Shown here piece by piece: positions 27,936 to 36,263 of a stretch of DNA of 64,000 bases (its first letter is position 1; each line of letters begins with the position of its first letter). The DNA is taken from the NCBI GenBank assembly GCA_902761365.1, contig CACWJZ010000006.1, positions 24,371 through 88,370 on the forward strand. The letters are read 5' to 3'. The notes below the pieces were generated by a model. It did not search any database, had not been told where the DNA came from, and saw only the letters and a list, made by a program, of their open reading frames with translations. A program made the position numbers and the translations under genes. The DNA comes from an uncultured Eubacteriales bacterium. GTDB lineage: Bacteria > Bacillota > Clostridia > Christensenellales > CAG-138.

Positions 27936-28229
27936 ATGAAAAAAAAGAAATCCGTCCCTCGCTGGCTGCAGATCGTGTCTACGGTGATCGCCAATGCCGC
28001 TATCGTCTTGGCGGTGGTGTATATCGTGTTCTATATCCTGGACGGCTTCAATCCCATGCTCCATTTCCTCGGGGAGCAGGTCATCGTCTCCAAGTATCTG
28101 GACGTGATCATCGCGGGCCTTGCTTTGGTGCTGGGGGTTTTGTTTCTCATCTGCACCTGGAAGATATTCTACGGAAAGAAGGGCAAGAAGGTGAAGAAAC
28201 GGCCCCGGCCTCGGTACGAGGACGACTGA
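27936..28229 (+). CDS. Small two-TM membrane protein with a Lys/Arg-rich tail
   Basis: ATG lies 8 nt after AAGGAG. The product is MKKKKSVPRWLQIVSTVIANAAIVLAVVYIVFYIL..IIAGLALVLGVLFLICTW..KKGKKVKKRPRPRYEDD. Confidence 0.6.
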   Translation: MKKKKSVPRWLQIVSTVIANAAIVLAVVYIVFYILDGFNPMLHFLGEQVIVSKYLDVIIAGLALVLGVLFLICTWKIFYGKKGKKVKKRPRPRYEDD

Positions 28230-28245
28230 CACTTCTTCGGATGCG

Positions 28246-28274
28246 AAAACGGACGGCCAACGCCGTCCGTTTTT
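28246..28274. terminator. Bidirectional intrinsic terminator
   Basis: AAAACGGACGGCcaacGCCGTCCGTTTTT, lying between convergent genes. Confidence 0.85.
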
Positions 28275-28290
28275 CTATGATGCTTTATTC

Positions 28291-29559
28291 TCAATCCTGC
28301 GTCTTGGGCGGCCGCTTCCGGTTCAGATAGACATCCAGCTTGTCCTTGATCTTGTCCGGGATCTCCCGCTTCACCGGGCAGCGGACGGCGTTGGCCATGC
28401 GGCCGGTGAAGCCGGCGATGAACTCTGTGTCCACCAGCACCTGCGCCGGGGACACGATGGCGGGCGTATCGTACCGCTCGTGGATGGATCCGGCGGTGGG
28501 CGGCGCCAGGCGGGCAAAGGACAGGCTGGGCACGCCCTTATCCGCAAAGGGGGTGGAATCGCTGGAATAGACACCGCTGCGGGCGGCGATGGGGAAGCCC
28601 AGCTCGTCCGCCGTGTATTCCAGGAAGGACACCAGCCGTTCCTCGGCGGAGCAGCAGGCGATGAACTTGCCCATGATGCTGCCGATCATGTCCAGGTTGA
28701 TGTTCAGCACCACCTTGTTGAGCTCGCCTTCATGGTCGGCACAGTAGGCCTTGGAGCCCAGCAGTCCCAGCTCCTCGCCGCCGCACCAGATGAAGCGAAG
28801 GCCCCGCCGATGGGGCGCCTTCACAAAGCGCTCCGCCACGCCCAGGATGCCGATGGAGCCGGTCATGTTGTCGTAGCTGCCGCAGGACAGGGGCGTGGAA
28901 TCGTAGTGCGCCGTCAGCATGACCCATTCGTCGATCTCGCCCGGCAGCTCTCCGATCAGGTTGTGAGCATCGGCCTCATAGGTTTCCTGATCGATCTCGA
29001 TGCAGGCCCGCTGGCTCTCCTTGGCCACGATCTGCATGGCGTCCTTCACGTTGATGTTCACGCCCAGGACCTTCTTGCCCAAGCTGGTGGCGGGGCGGAG
29101 GGTCTTCTGGTCAATGTCCCGATCGGGGCAGCTGTATCGACCGGTGAAGGTGATGAAGCCCAGGGCGCCGTTCGTCAACATATCCTGATAGGTCCACATC
29201 TTCAAAGGCTGGTCCGTGAGCACGATGTGATCCCGGCACAGGGACAGGGACAGATCGTCGGTGTCCCGCAGGTAGTAGAGGGGCCCCTCCACCTTGCCGC
29301 TGCCGCAGCCGATGTACGCCTTGCAGGGATAGCTCTTTTCATCCACGGTGAGGGACGCTGCACGGATGGTCGCCCGCTCCAGGGGGAAGCTCTCCACACG
29401 GGTGGGCAAGCCGATCTGCTCACACCTCTCCTGCAAATAGGTGAGGCACTTCATCTCCTCGGGGCTGGCCGCCGTGTGGGGATAGGCCGTAGCCTTCAAA
29501 ATCTGTTTCACGTCGTTGATTTTCAACAAAATCACCTGCCTTTCTTTCAGGAAAAGCAT
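28291..29559 (-). CDS. M28-family zinc aminopeptidase
   Basis: LTAHYDSTP..YDNMTGSIGILGVAE..WCGGEELGLLGSKAY..NINLDMIGS. The exact start codon is uncertain. Confidence 0.8.
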   Translation of the reverse strand: MLFLKERQVILLKINDVKQILKATAYPHTAASPEEMKCLTYLQERCEQIGLPTRVESFPLERATIRAASLTVDEKSYPCKAYIGCGSGKVEGPLYYLRDTDDLSLSLCRDHIVLTDQPLKMWTYQDMLTNGALGFITFTGRYSCPDRDIDQKTLRPATSLGKKVLGVNINVKDAMQIVAKESQRACIEIDQETYEADAHNLIGELPGEIDEWVMLTAHYDSTPLSCGSYDNMTGSIGILGVAERFVKAPHRRGLRFIWCGGEELGLLGSKAYCADHEGELNKVVLNINLDMIGSIMGKFIACCSAEERLVSFLEYTADELGFPIAARSGVYSSDSTPFADKGVPSLSFARLAPPTAGSIHERYDTPAIVSPAQVLVDTEFIAGFTGRMANAVRCPVKREIPDKIKDKLDVYLNRKRPPKTQD

Positions 29560-29609
29560 ACCACAGGCACGCTCCTAAAACAAGTGCGGATCATTTTCAA
29601 AAAAAGGAC

Positions 29610-29638
29610 TTGCAAATTCCAAAGCGATGCTGTATAAT
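29610..29638 (+). promoter_or_regulatory. Sigma-A-type promoter of tRNA-Val
   Basis: TTGCAA (29610-29615), a 17-nt spacer, then TATAAT (29633-29638). It lies 13 nt upstream of the tRNA 5' end. Confidence 0.65.
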
Positions 29639-29651
29639 CTTGTTTGCGCGT

Positions 29652-29728
29652 GGGGATGTAGCTCAGCTGGTTAGAGCGCTGTGTTCACATCGCAGAGGTC
29701 TAGGGTTCGAGTCCCTACATCCCCACCA
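29652..29728 (+). tRNA. tRNA-Val (anticodon CAC)
   Basis: Acceptor GGGGATG/CATCCCC, anticodon arm CTGTG-TTCACAT-CGCAG, T arm TAGGG-TTCGAGT-CCCTA. CCA is encoded. Confidence 0.9.
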
Positions 29729-29735
29729 AAGAAAA

Positions 29736-29760
29736 AGCCACCCAGTCGGGTGGCTATTTC
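29736..29760 (+). terminator. Intrinsic terminator of tRNA-Val
   Basis: AGCCACCCagtcGGGTGGCT followed by ATTTC. Confidence 0.7.
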
Positions 29761-29772
29761 TATGGTATTTTA

Positions 29773-29934
29773 TGGAAGGGACTCGAACGGATGTGGTGGT
29801 GAATGAAGCCCCAGCGGGGCTTCAGAGCCTGCCCATGGGCTTCGCTCGGCCTCACTGAAAAAGCTCCACCGGAGCTTTTTCCTGGCGCTCGGCCCCTAAC
29901 CAAGCCGGCAGGCACGAATTCGAGTCTTTACACC
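29773..29934 (+). repeat. tRNA-3'-end-bracketed module, Val locus (type 2 core, full length)
   Basis: The antisense arm TGGAAGGGACTCGAAC is the complement of GTTCGAGTCCCT, 12/12 against tRNA-Val. The core carries the hairpins GAAGCCCCagcGGGGCTTC and AAAAAGCTCCaccGGAGCTTTTT. The sense arm is TTCGAGTCTTTACACC. Confidence 0.75.
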
Positions 29935-30368
29935 GTTAATTCATTTGCTGCCACAATAGTATCTGTCTCTTCACACCTTATCGGTATGAACACTATCGTC
30001 AACAGACTCAGCAGCAGGCAAACCCCGCCCGCCAGCCAATACACCGCGGTGAGGCGGCTGGTGGTGCCGTAAATCTCCAGGGCGCCGGAGAAGAGGCTGC
30101 CCACCGTCAGAGCCGAGATGCCGAAGTGCCACAGCTGTACGGCCGTGTCGGATGGGAGCGCGCGGCCGTGTCGCGTCAGGAGCAGGGTCGGCAGGACCCC
30201 ACCCAGCAGGGGGATGGCGAAGGCGTACACCATGCCGAAGGCGTAGACCCCGTGGCTGAAGGCCTCATAGACGGCGCCGAAAACGACGCAGAGGATGGTG
30301 ATGAGCAGATACCGGAACGCCAGGCGCACGCGGGCGTCCTTCGGGAATTCAACAGGCGATGCAGACAA
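29928..30368 (-). CDS. Small four-TM membrane protein, last gene of the VTC/DUF4956 operon
   Basis: 146 aa and hydrophobic (LLITILCVVFGAVYEAF, AFAIPLLGGVLPTLLL..). Its start overlaps the end of the upstream gene by 20 nt. Confidence 0.6.
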   Translation of the reverse strand: MSASPVEFPKDARVRLAFRYLLITILCVVFGAVYEAFSHGVYAFGMVYAFAIPLLGGVLPTLLLTRHGRALPSDTAVQLWHFGISALTVGSLFSGALEIYGTTSRLTAVYWLAGGVCLLLSLLTIVFIPIRCEETDTIVAANELTV

Positions 30369-31341
30369 TGTCGCTCACGCTCCTTTCCGTAATGCGTTTT
30401 CCGTTGGTGGTGGGGTTGTTCACCACCCGCCCCTGAAACACCATGGTGGAGGACCCGCCGCCGTCCAGGTTATAGGCCGTCTTGGCGCCAAGGTCCTGCA
30501 GCACCTGCGCCAGCTCCTTCAGGGATAGACCCTCGCTGGAGTTGGTTCGTCCGTCGGACACCACAAAGAGGTAGTGCAGATCGTCCACGATGCCAATGGC
30601 CGTGCGGGGATTGCTGGCCTTGGCTCGGCCCACCTCATCCTTGGCATCCACCGCGATCTCCCCATCGATCAACAGGGCCGGCCCGAAGGAGAGCACGTTC
30701 CAGGCGCCGCTGTCCAGCAGGGCCTGGGCGGTGATCTGGGACTCGTTGACGATCCCAAAGGTGCCATCCTGATAGATCACCAGATCCTCCGCGCTCTTAT
30801 TGGCCTTGTCCCGGTACAGCACCCCGTTTCGGATGACGTAGCCGGACTGGCGCGCCCCATAATAGTCTCCGTTGACGGCGAGGATGGCGTTGGCGTTACG
30901 GGCGATACTGCTGGTTTTCGCGGTCACGTTCCGCCCGTATACACTGTTGGCAAAGGCGGTCTGCAGATACTCGGGGGAGGAGAGGACCACGTCCGCCACG
31001 TAGACGGTGGAGTCGTAGACCCGGATCTCCTGGATGGTGATGGACACGTTCCCGTCGGCATAGCTGTTCTCCGTGGAGACGGGGACCGTCGTCGCGGCGG
31101 GGGAGGCTGTCGCCTCAGGCGCGGCGTCGGTCGCTGAAACCGGCTCCGCGATGGCGGTGGGCGCGGCCTCTACGGCGGGTTCCTGGCTGGGGTAGGGTTC
31201 GCTCACCTGTGCGCTGGGGGCGGCTTCTTCCACCACCGTGTAGGTGTGCTCTATCACGAAGGTGTCCAGAGCGGCATAGGCCGTGAATCCGAACAGGAGC
31301 AGGGCCCATAGTAGACCCATGATCTTATTAACGTTCCTCAT
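30349..31341 (-). CDS. Phosphodiester glycosidase family protein (DUF2233 / NAGPA-like), paralog 3
   Basis: Signal anchor MRNVNKIMGLLWALLLFGFTAYAAL. The core reads AILAVNGDYYG..NPRTAIGIVDDLHYLFVVSDG..AYNLDGGGSSTMVF. Confidence 0.75.
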   Translation of the reverse strand: MRNVNKIMGLLWALLLFGFTAYAALDTFVIEHTYTVVEEAAPSAQVSEPYPSQEPAVEAAPTAIAEPVSATDAAPEATASPAATTVPVSTENSYADGNVSITIQEIRVYDSTVYVADVVLSSPEYLQTAFANSVYGRNVTAKTSSIARNANAILAVNGDYYGARQSGYVIRNGVLYRDKANKSAEDLVIYQDGTFGIVNESQITAQALLDSGAWNVLSFGPALLIDGEIAVDAKDEVGRAKASNPRTAIGIVDDLHYLFVVSDGRTNSSEGLSLKELAQVLQDLGAKTAYNLDGGGSSTMVFQGRVVNNPTTNGKRITERSVSDIVCIAC

Positions 31342-32006
31342 AGGGCATCGGCTCCTTCCATCTTTTCGGAGAGCAGGATCTCCAGATTCCCGTTCCGGCA
31401 GCGCAGCTCGTCGATGAACGATTTCGATGCGCTGGGGTCCTTCAGCGCCACGTCATAGCTGAGCTTATAGAGGCTCCCCATGTTCGTGGTGCGGGTCTTG
31501 GTCAGCTTATAGCTGTTTGTGTAGCGGGCGAACAGATCGTCGAAGGCCCCGGCGAACTCCAGCGTTTCGGGGACGGTGATGTGCAGCTCGTACAGCGCCT
31601 TCTCCCCGAAGGAGAGGCGGGAGAGGAGCAGCATCACCAAACTCACCAGCATGGTGAAGAGAAGGGCGATGAGGACGTACCCGGCGGCGCAGGCGAGCCC
31701 CGCGGTCATCACCAGGAAGATGGCGGAGATGTCCTTGGCCTTCCCGGCTACGGACCGAAAACGGACCAGGGAGAAGGCCCCGGCCACGGCGATGCCCGTG
31801 CCCACGCTGCCGTTGACCATGAGGATCACGGTACACACCACCATGGGCAACACCACCAGGGAGATCAGGAACCCCTTGCTGGCTTCGCCAGACCGGCTCA
31901 TGATGAGGGAGGCGATGAGGCCGCACAGCCCCGCCGCGGCCAGGCAGGCCAGGAACATGCCCACGGAGAACCCTCCGGACAGGATGGAATCAAAGATTGC
32001 TGACAT
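31338..32006 (-). CDS. DUF4956-type membrane protein
   Basis: Start at MSAIFDSILSGG, after AAAGGAG. TM segments are followed by ..AGAFSLVRFRSVAGKAKDISAIFLVM.. and a soluble C-terminal domain. An ATGA overlap couples it to the downstream gene. Confidence 0.7.
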   Translation of the reverse strand: MSAIFDSILSGGFSVGMFLACLAAAGLCGLIASLIMSRSGEASKGFLISLVVLPMVVCTVILMVNGSVGTGIAVAGAFSLVRFRSVAGKAKDISAIFLVMTAGLACAAGYVLIALLFTMLVSLVMLLLSRLSFGEKALYELHITVPETLEFAGAFDDLFARYTNSYKLTKTRTTNMGSLYKLSYDVALKDPSASKSFIDELRCRNGNLEILLSEKMEGADAL

Positions 32007-32736
32007 ATTGCATCGCTCCTTTCGCGGCGGCCACCCTTTGGTGGCCCGGTTCATTGAGTGTGTTCAGATACGCGGTCCCATATTTGGAGAAGGAGACGGG
32101 CCGCACGTTCAGCTCGTTCAGCGTTCGAGCAAAGGCGAGGGGCATGGCGCCGGCGCTTTTCACCTCCATGATCTCCAGGCCCATGGGCAGCAGCAGCCTG
32201 CCGGCTGAGCCGCGCTCCAGCTGCAGGGCGCTGTTCCTGGCCCTGGGGGCGCTGTCGAAGGTGACGCGAAAGCTTCCATCCTCCGTCCATGCGTAGGCTT
32301 CCCGCTCGTAGGAGATGACCATGGCCGGTTCGGGCCAGCTGTAGAAGTTCATGGCGTAGTCGATCTCTCGCCAGATCTGGCTGTCTTGGGGCGGCTTTGC
32401 CCCGGTCAGGTAGGCCTTGGCCTCGGAGAGGGGGAGGCTGACCCGGCGCTTGTAGACCACGCCCTCATACTTCTTCTTGAGCTCCAGATACACCGTGGAG
32501 TCCGCCCGGGGCGTGCCGTAGCTCCTGAGCCGCAGCTTCTCCTTGTAGGCGCCGGCGTCAATAGAGCTGCGGATGATCCGATGATCCGGCGTGTCTAAAT
32601 ACAGGCTGCAGATGGTGCTCTTTCCATATTCATCCAGCAGCAGCCGATCCTTCATCCGCTGAAGCAGACGCCTCTTGGTGACCTCGTCCACGAGGTATTT
32701 TCGTTCGATCCGTTTGAAAATGTAGGTGGTTTCCAT
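31990..32736 (-). CDS. VTC-domain (polyphosphate-polymerase-like, triphosphate tunnel/CYTH-like) protein
   Basis: METTYIFKRIERKYLVDE..STICSLYLDTPD..IIRSSID....KEKLRLRSYG...VYLELKKKYEGVVYKRR matches the bacterial VTC-domain pattern as I remember it. Confidence 0.7.
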   Translation of the reverse strand: METTYIFKRIERKYLVDEVTKRRLLQRMKDRLLLDEYGKSTICSLYLDTPDHRIIRSSIDAGAYKEKLRLRSYGTPRADSTVYLELKKKYEGVVYKRRVSLPLSEAKAYLTGAKPPQDSQIWREIDYAMNFYSWPEPAMVISYEREAYAWTEDGSFRVTFDSAPRARNSALQLERGSAGRLLLPMGLEIMEVKSAGAMPLAFARTLNELNVRPVSFSKYGTAYLNTLNEPGHQRVAAAKGAMQYVSNL

Positions 32737-32929
32737 ATCAGGTCCACTCCTTGGTTTGATAGGCCAACTATATAGGGCAAAGTTTAAGTTAACCTAAAAC
32801 GCGATCACCGATTCCTGTGAACATTGCAAACAGAATGTGGCAAACGCTGCCATTTGCATCGTTCCGATCCAGGCGCATAGAACATTTTATACAAGAATAA
32901 CGGATGGCAGATGATGCGTATATGCCTGG

Positions 32930-32958
32930 TTTACAAAGCGGGCATGCTGTGCTATACT
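32930..32958 (+). promoter_or_regulatory. Sigma-A-type promoter of selD
   Basis: TTTACA (32930-32935), a 17-nt spacer ending in TGC (extended -10), then TATACT (32953-32958). Confidence 0.6.
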
Positions 32959-32989
32959 ATCGAAAGAAACGATAAAAGAGGGGGAAGCC

Positions 32990-34030
32990 ATGGAAAAAGA
33001 GACCGTCAAGCTGACCAAGCTCAGCAAATGCGCGGGCTGCGGGGCCAAGGTGGGCGCTGGGGTGCTGGCCCAGCTGCTGAAGGACATCAAGGTCCATCAC
33101 GATCCCAATCTGCTGGTGGGGTTCGACCACAGCGACGACGCTTCCGTGTACAAAGTTTCGGACGACCTCGCTCTTGTCCAGACTGTGGATTTCTTCCCGC
33201 CCATCGCAGACGATCCCTACCTGTTCGGCCAGATCGCGGCCACCAACGCCCTGTCCGACGTGTACGCCATGGGCGGGGAGCCCAAGCTGTGTCTGAACAT
33301 CATGGCGGTGCCGGAGAAGATGCCCATGGACGCGGTCCACGACATCCTTCGGGGCGGGTACGACAAGGTGTATGAGGCCGGCGCCCTGATCACCGGCGGC
33401 CACAGCATCCACGACGACGAGCCCAAATACGGCCTGGCCGTCACCGGCTTCGTCCACCCGGACCGGGTGCTGACCAACTCTAGTGCTCGCCCCGGGGACG
33501 TGCTGTTTCTCACCAAGCCCCTGGGCATCGGCATCTTGAGCACGGCGGCCAAGGCGGACATGGTCAGCGAAGCGGGGCAAATGCGCATGTTCGAGCTTAT
33601 GACCACCCTGAACCGTTCCGCCCGGGACGTGATGGTGAAGTATGAGGTCCACGCCTGTACGGATGTGACGGGCTTCGGCCTCATGGGTCACGCCTTTGAG
33701 ATGATGGAGGGCAGCGATGTGGAGGCCGTCATCGATACGAAGGCCCTGGACCTGATCCCCGAGGCGAAGGAGCTGGCCCGATTCGGCCTCATCCCCGCTG
33801 GGGCGTACCGCAACAGGACATTCGCAGAGAAGGCCGTGGAGCTCACCGGGATCGAGCTGTGCGTTCAGGACATGCTCTTCGATCCTCAGACCTCCGGCGG
33901 TCTGCTGATCGCCTGCGCGCCCCAGGACGCGGATAGAATGTTCGAGGAACTTAAACAAACCGTTCCCAGCGCCCAGCGCATCGGAACGGTGAAAGCGTAT
34001 GAAGGGGGAAAGCGGATCTTCCTCCGCTGA
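32990..34030 (+). CDS. selD: Selenide, water dikinase SelD (Cys-type active site)
   Basis: N-terminal LTKLSKCAGCGAKVG, with a TGC codon rather than TGA. AIR-synthase-like core (DDPYLFGQIAATNALSDVYAMGG, ITGGHSIHDDEPKYGLAVTG). Confidence 0.95.
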   Translation: MEKETVKLTKLSKCAGCGAKVGAGVLAQLLKDIKVHHDPNLLVGFDHSDDASVYKVSDDLALVQTVDFFPPIADDPYLFGQIAATNALSDVYAMGGEPKLCLNIMAVPEKMPMDAVHDILRGGYDKVYEAGALITGGHSIHDDEPKYGLAVTGFVHPDRVLTNSSARPGDVLFLTKPLGIGILSTAAKADMVSEAGQMRMFELMTTLNRSARDVMVKYEVHACTDVTGFGLMGHAFEMMEGSDVEAVIDTKALDLIPEAKELARFGLIPAGAYRNRTFAEKAVELTGIELCVQDMLFDPQTSGGLLIACAPQDADRMFEELKQTVPSAQRIGTVKAYEGGKRIFLR

Positions 34031-35173
34031 TCAGGCCAGGGCGGTTATGGCGGCCAGGGCTGCGTCCACGTCCTGCTCGGTGTTGGCGAATCCCAGGGAG
34101 AAGCGGACCGTCCCCTTGGGGAAGGTGCCCAGGCTCCTATGGGCGGAGGGGGCGCAGTGGAGGCCGCAGCGGGTCAGGATGCCGAAGCGCTGCTCCAGCG
34201 CGTAGGCAACGGCGGCGTTGTCCTGGCGCAGGAAGTCCAGGGAGAGGACGCCGACCCGGTTTTCAAGGCGCTCCGGCCCGCACAGGCGCACATTGGGGAT
34301 GTCGCGAAGACCGTCCATGAACCGCTTTGTCAATGCCCCTTCGTGGGCCCGCAGCGCATCCACGCCCCGTTGGGAAACATAGACCATGGCCGCCTCCCAG
34401 CCATAGATGCCGGGCAGGTTCATGGTGCCGGATTCAAAGCGGTCGGGGAGATACTCGGGCAGATACTCGCTGTCGGAGACGCTGCCCGTGCCGCCGGCGA
34501 TGAGGGGGGAGAGTTTCTTGGCCAGTTCGTCCGTCACCAGCAGAGCGCCGATGCCGGAAGGCCCCAGGAGCCCCTTGTGGCCGGGGACGGACAGGGCGCT
34601 GAGCCCAAGCTGTTCAAAGTCCAAAGGGTAATGCCCGGCGGTCTGGGCCCCGTCCAGGGCGAAGGGAATGCCGTATCGGGATGCGATCTCGCCCGCCGTC
34701 TGAGCGTCCTGGACCGTGCCGGACACGTTGGAGCCGTGAGCCATCAGGATCAGCTTCGTGTTGGGACGGATGAGGGCGGGAATATCGTCGGGGTCGATGC
34801 ACCCCTGCCGATCCGCCGGAATCCGGTCGAAGGCGACATCAGAGAGCTGGAGCAGGGGCCGCATGACGGCGTTATGCTCCATGCTGCTGACGATCACGTG
34901 GTCGCCAGGGCGAAGATACCCCTTGATAAGGAAGTTCAGCCCGTAGGTGTTTCCCGGGGTCAGGATCACATGGGTGGCCTTCTCCGGGAAGTGGAAGAAG
35001 CTCTTGAGCTGTTCTCGCAGGGAGAGGGTCGTGAGCTCCGCCTCCCGGGCGCTCTCATAGACGGAGCGATTCAGGGGGGCGCCCACTTCATCGATATACC
35101 GGGCCATGGCCCGGGCCACCGTCTCCGGCTTCGGGAAGGAGGTGGCGGCGTTGTCCAGATAGATCGTGTCCAT
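34031..35173 (-). CDS. Class V PLP-dependent aminotransferase (cysteine desulfurase / selenocysteine lyase-like)
   Basis: Start at MDTIYLDNAATSFPKPE. Also present: HGSNVSGTV, SVPGHKGLLGPSGIGAL (PLP lysine region) and a C-terminal RCGLHCAP. Confidence 0.8.
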   Translation of the reverse strand: MDTIYLDNAATSFPKPETVARAMARYIDEVGAPLNRSVYESAREAELTTLSLREQLKSFFHFPEKATHVILTPGNTYGLNFLIKGYLRPGDHVIVSSMEHNAVMRPLLQLSDVAFDRIPADRQGCIDPDDIPALIRPNTKLILMAHGSNVSGTVQDAQTAGEIASRYGIPFALDGAQTAGHYPLDFEQLGLSALSVPGHKGLLGPSGIGALLVTDELAKKLSPLIAGGTGSVSDSEYLPEYLPDRFESGTMNLPGIYGWEAAMVYVSQRGVDALRAHEGALTKRFMDGLRDIPNVRLCGPERLENRVGVLSLDFLRQDNAAVAYALEQRFGILTRCGLHCAPSAHRSLGTFPKGTVRFSLGFANTEQDVDAALAAITALA

Positions 35174-35242
35174 GGGTACAGGATAGCACAGCCCGGAGAA
35201 AAAGTCACATAGAATTTTCCCATGGCTCAGGAAGGAGAGAAC

Positions 35243-36157
35243 ATGCTCGACATCAGCATCCGTCAACTGGAGGTCTTCGTGGCCACGGCGGAGTACTGCA
35301 GCTTCACCAAGGCGGCGGAGGACCTGCATCTCACCCAATCCACCGTCAGCATGCACATCCGCACCCTGGAGGAGGTGTTGAACACCTGCCTCATCGAGCG
35401 GGGCGCCCGTAAGAAGGTCATTTTGACGGAGGAGGGGAAGCGGGTGTACACCATGGCCAAGGACATCCTGTCCCGCATGGAGGCACTGCAGGAGCGTCGG
35501 TCAGAGGGGGCGGAGGAACCGCTGCGGATCGGCACCTCCACCGTGCCCGCCCAATACCTGCTGCCCAAGCTCCTGTCTGGCTTTCTGAAGAAGCATCCTC
35601 ATGCCAGGTACATCCTGCGGCGGGGGGACAGCGAGCATATTTTGGACTGTTTGCAGAAGGGGGAGATCCGCATCGGGCTGGTGGGCTACAAAAACAGCGA
35701 CCGGTCGCTGATCTTTCAGGAGATCGCCCGGGACCATCTGGTGCTGATCACGGAGAACAGCGAAGCATACCGCGCCCTGCAGGCGGCGGGGAAGACGGGG
35801 CAGGACCTGCTGGATCGGCCCATGATCGCCCGGGAGGAGAGCTCCGGCACCCAGCACGCCGCCGACGCCTTCCTGCAGCGGTTGGGAGTGCAGGCGCCCA
35901 ACATCGTCGCCCGGATGGACAACCCTGAGAGCATCAAGATGAGCGTGGCGGAGGGCATCGGCGTGTCCATCGTCTCCGACCTGGCCGTTTCCGCCGAGCT
36001 TAGTGCCGGGAAGCTCCTGGCCTTTCCCTTCGAGCCCCAGGCCGAGGCGCGCAAGCTCTACATCGTCTGGCCCAGGGATGCTTTGCTCACCGCTACGGAG
36101 CTGAAATTCATCCAGCACGTCAAGGCCCAGACAAGCGCTATTCTTTTATCGGAATAA
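35243..36157 (+). CDS. LysR-family transcriptional regulator (selenium-metabolism-associated context)
   Basis: N-terminal HTH (IRQLEVFVATAEYCSFTKAAEDLHLTQSTVSMHIRTLE) and a LysR substrate-binding domain. It is divergent from the class V gene and sits upstream of yedE/yedF. Confidence 0.85.
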   Translation: MLDISIRQLEVFVATAEYCSFTKAAEDLHLTQSTVSMHIRTLEEVLNTCLIERGARKKVILTEEGKRVYTMAKDILSRMEALQERRSEGAEEPLRIGTSTVPAQYLLPKLLSGFLKKHPHARYILRRGDSEHILDCLQKGEIRIGLVGYKNSDRSLIFQEIARDHLVLITENSEAYRALQAAGKTGQDLLDRPMIAREESSGTQHAADAFLQRLGVQAPNIVARMDNPESIKMSVAEGIGVSIVSDLAVSAELSAGKLLAFPFEPQAEARKLYIVWPRDALLTATELKFIQHVKAQTSAILLSE

Positions 36158-36263
36158 CCGATTTTTTGAAGCATTCCATCTATATTTCCCATTCGATTTT
36201 TGTCGAGGGTGACCCTATAATGGAGGGGAGAAAACCGATATTTCGGTCTTTTGGGAGGTATGT

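Noticed and set aside
32838-32858. Sigma-54-like promoter TGGCAaacgcTGCCATTTGCA between the VTC operon and selD
   Set aside because: The GG-to-GC spacing does not fit the -24/-12 geometry. TGC follows one position too early and TTGCA five positions too late. It is more likely a small inverted repeat (TGGCA/TGCCA).
33020-33040. Selenocysteine (in-frame TGA) at the SelD active site
   Set aside because: The codons read AAA TGC GCG GGC TGC GGG GCC AAG (K C A G C G A K). Both positions are Cys TGC and there is no TGA.
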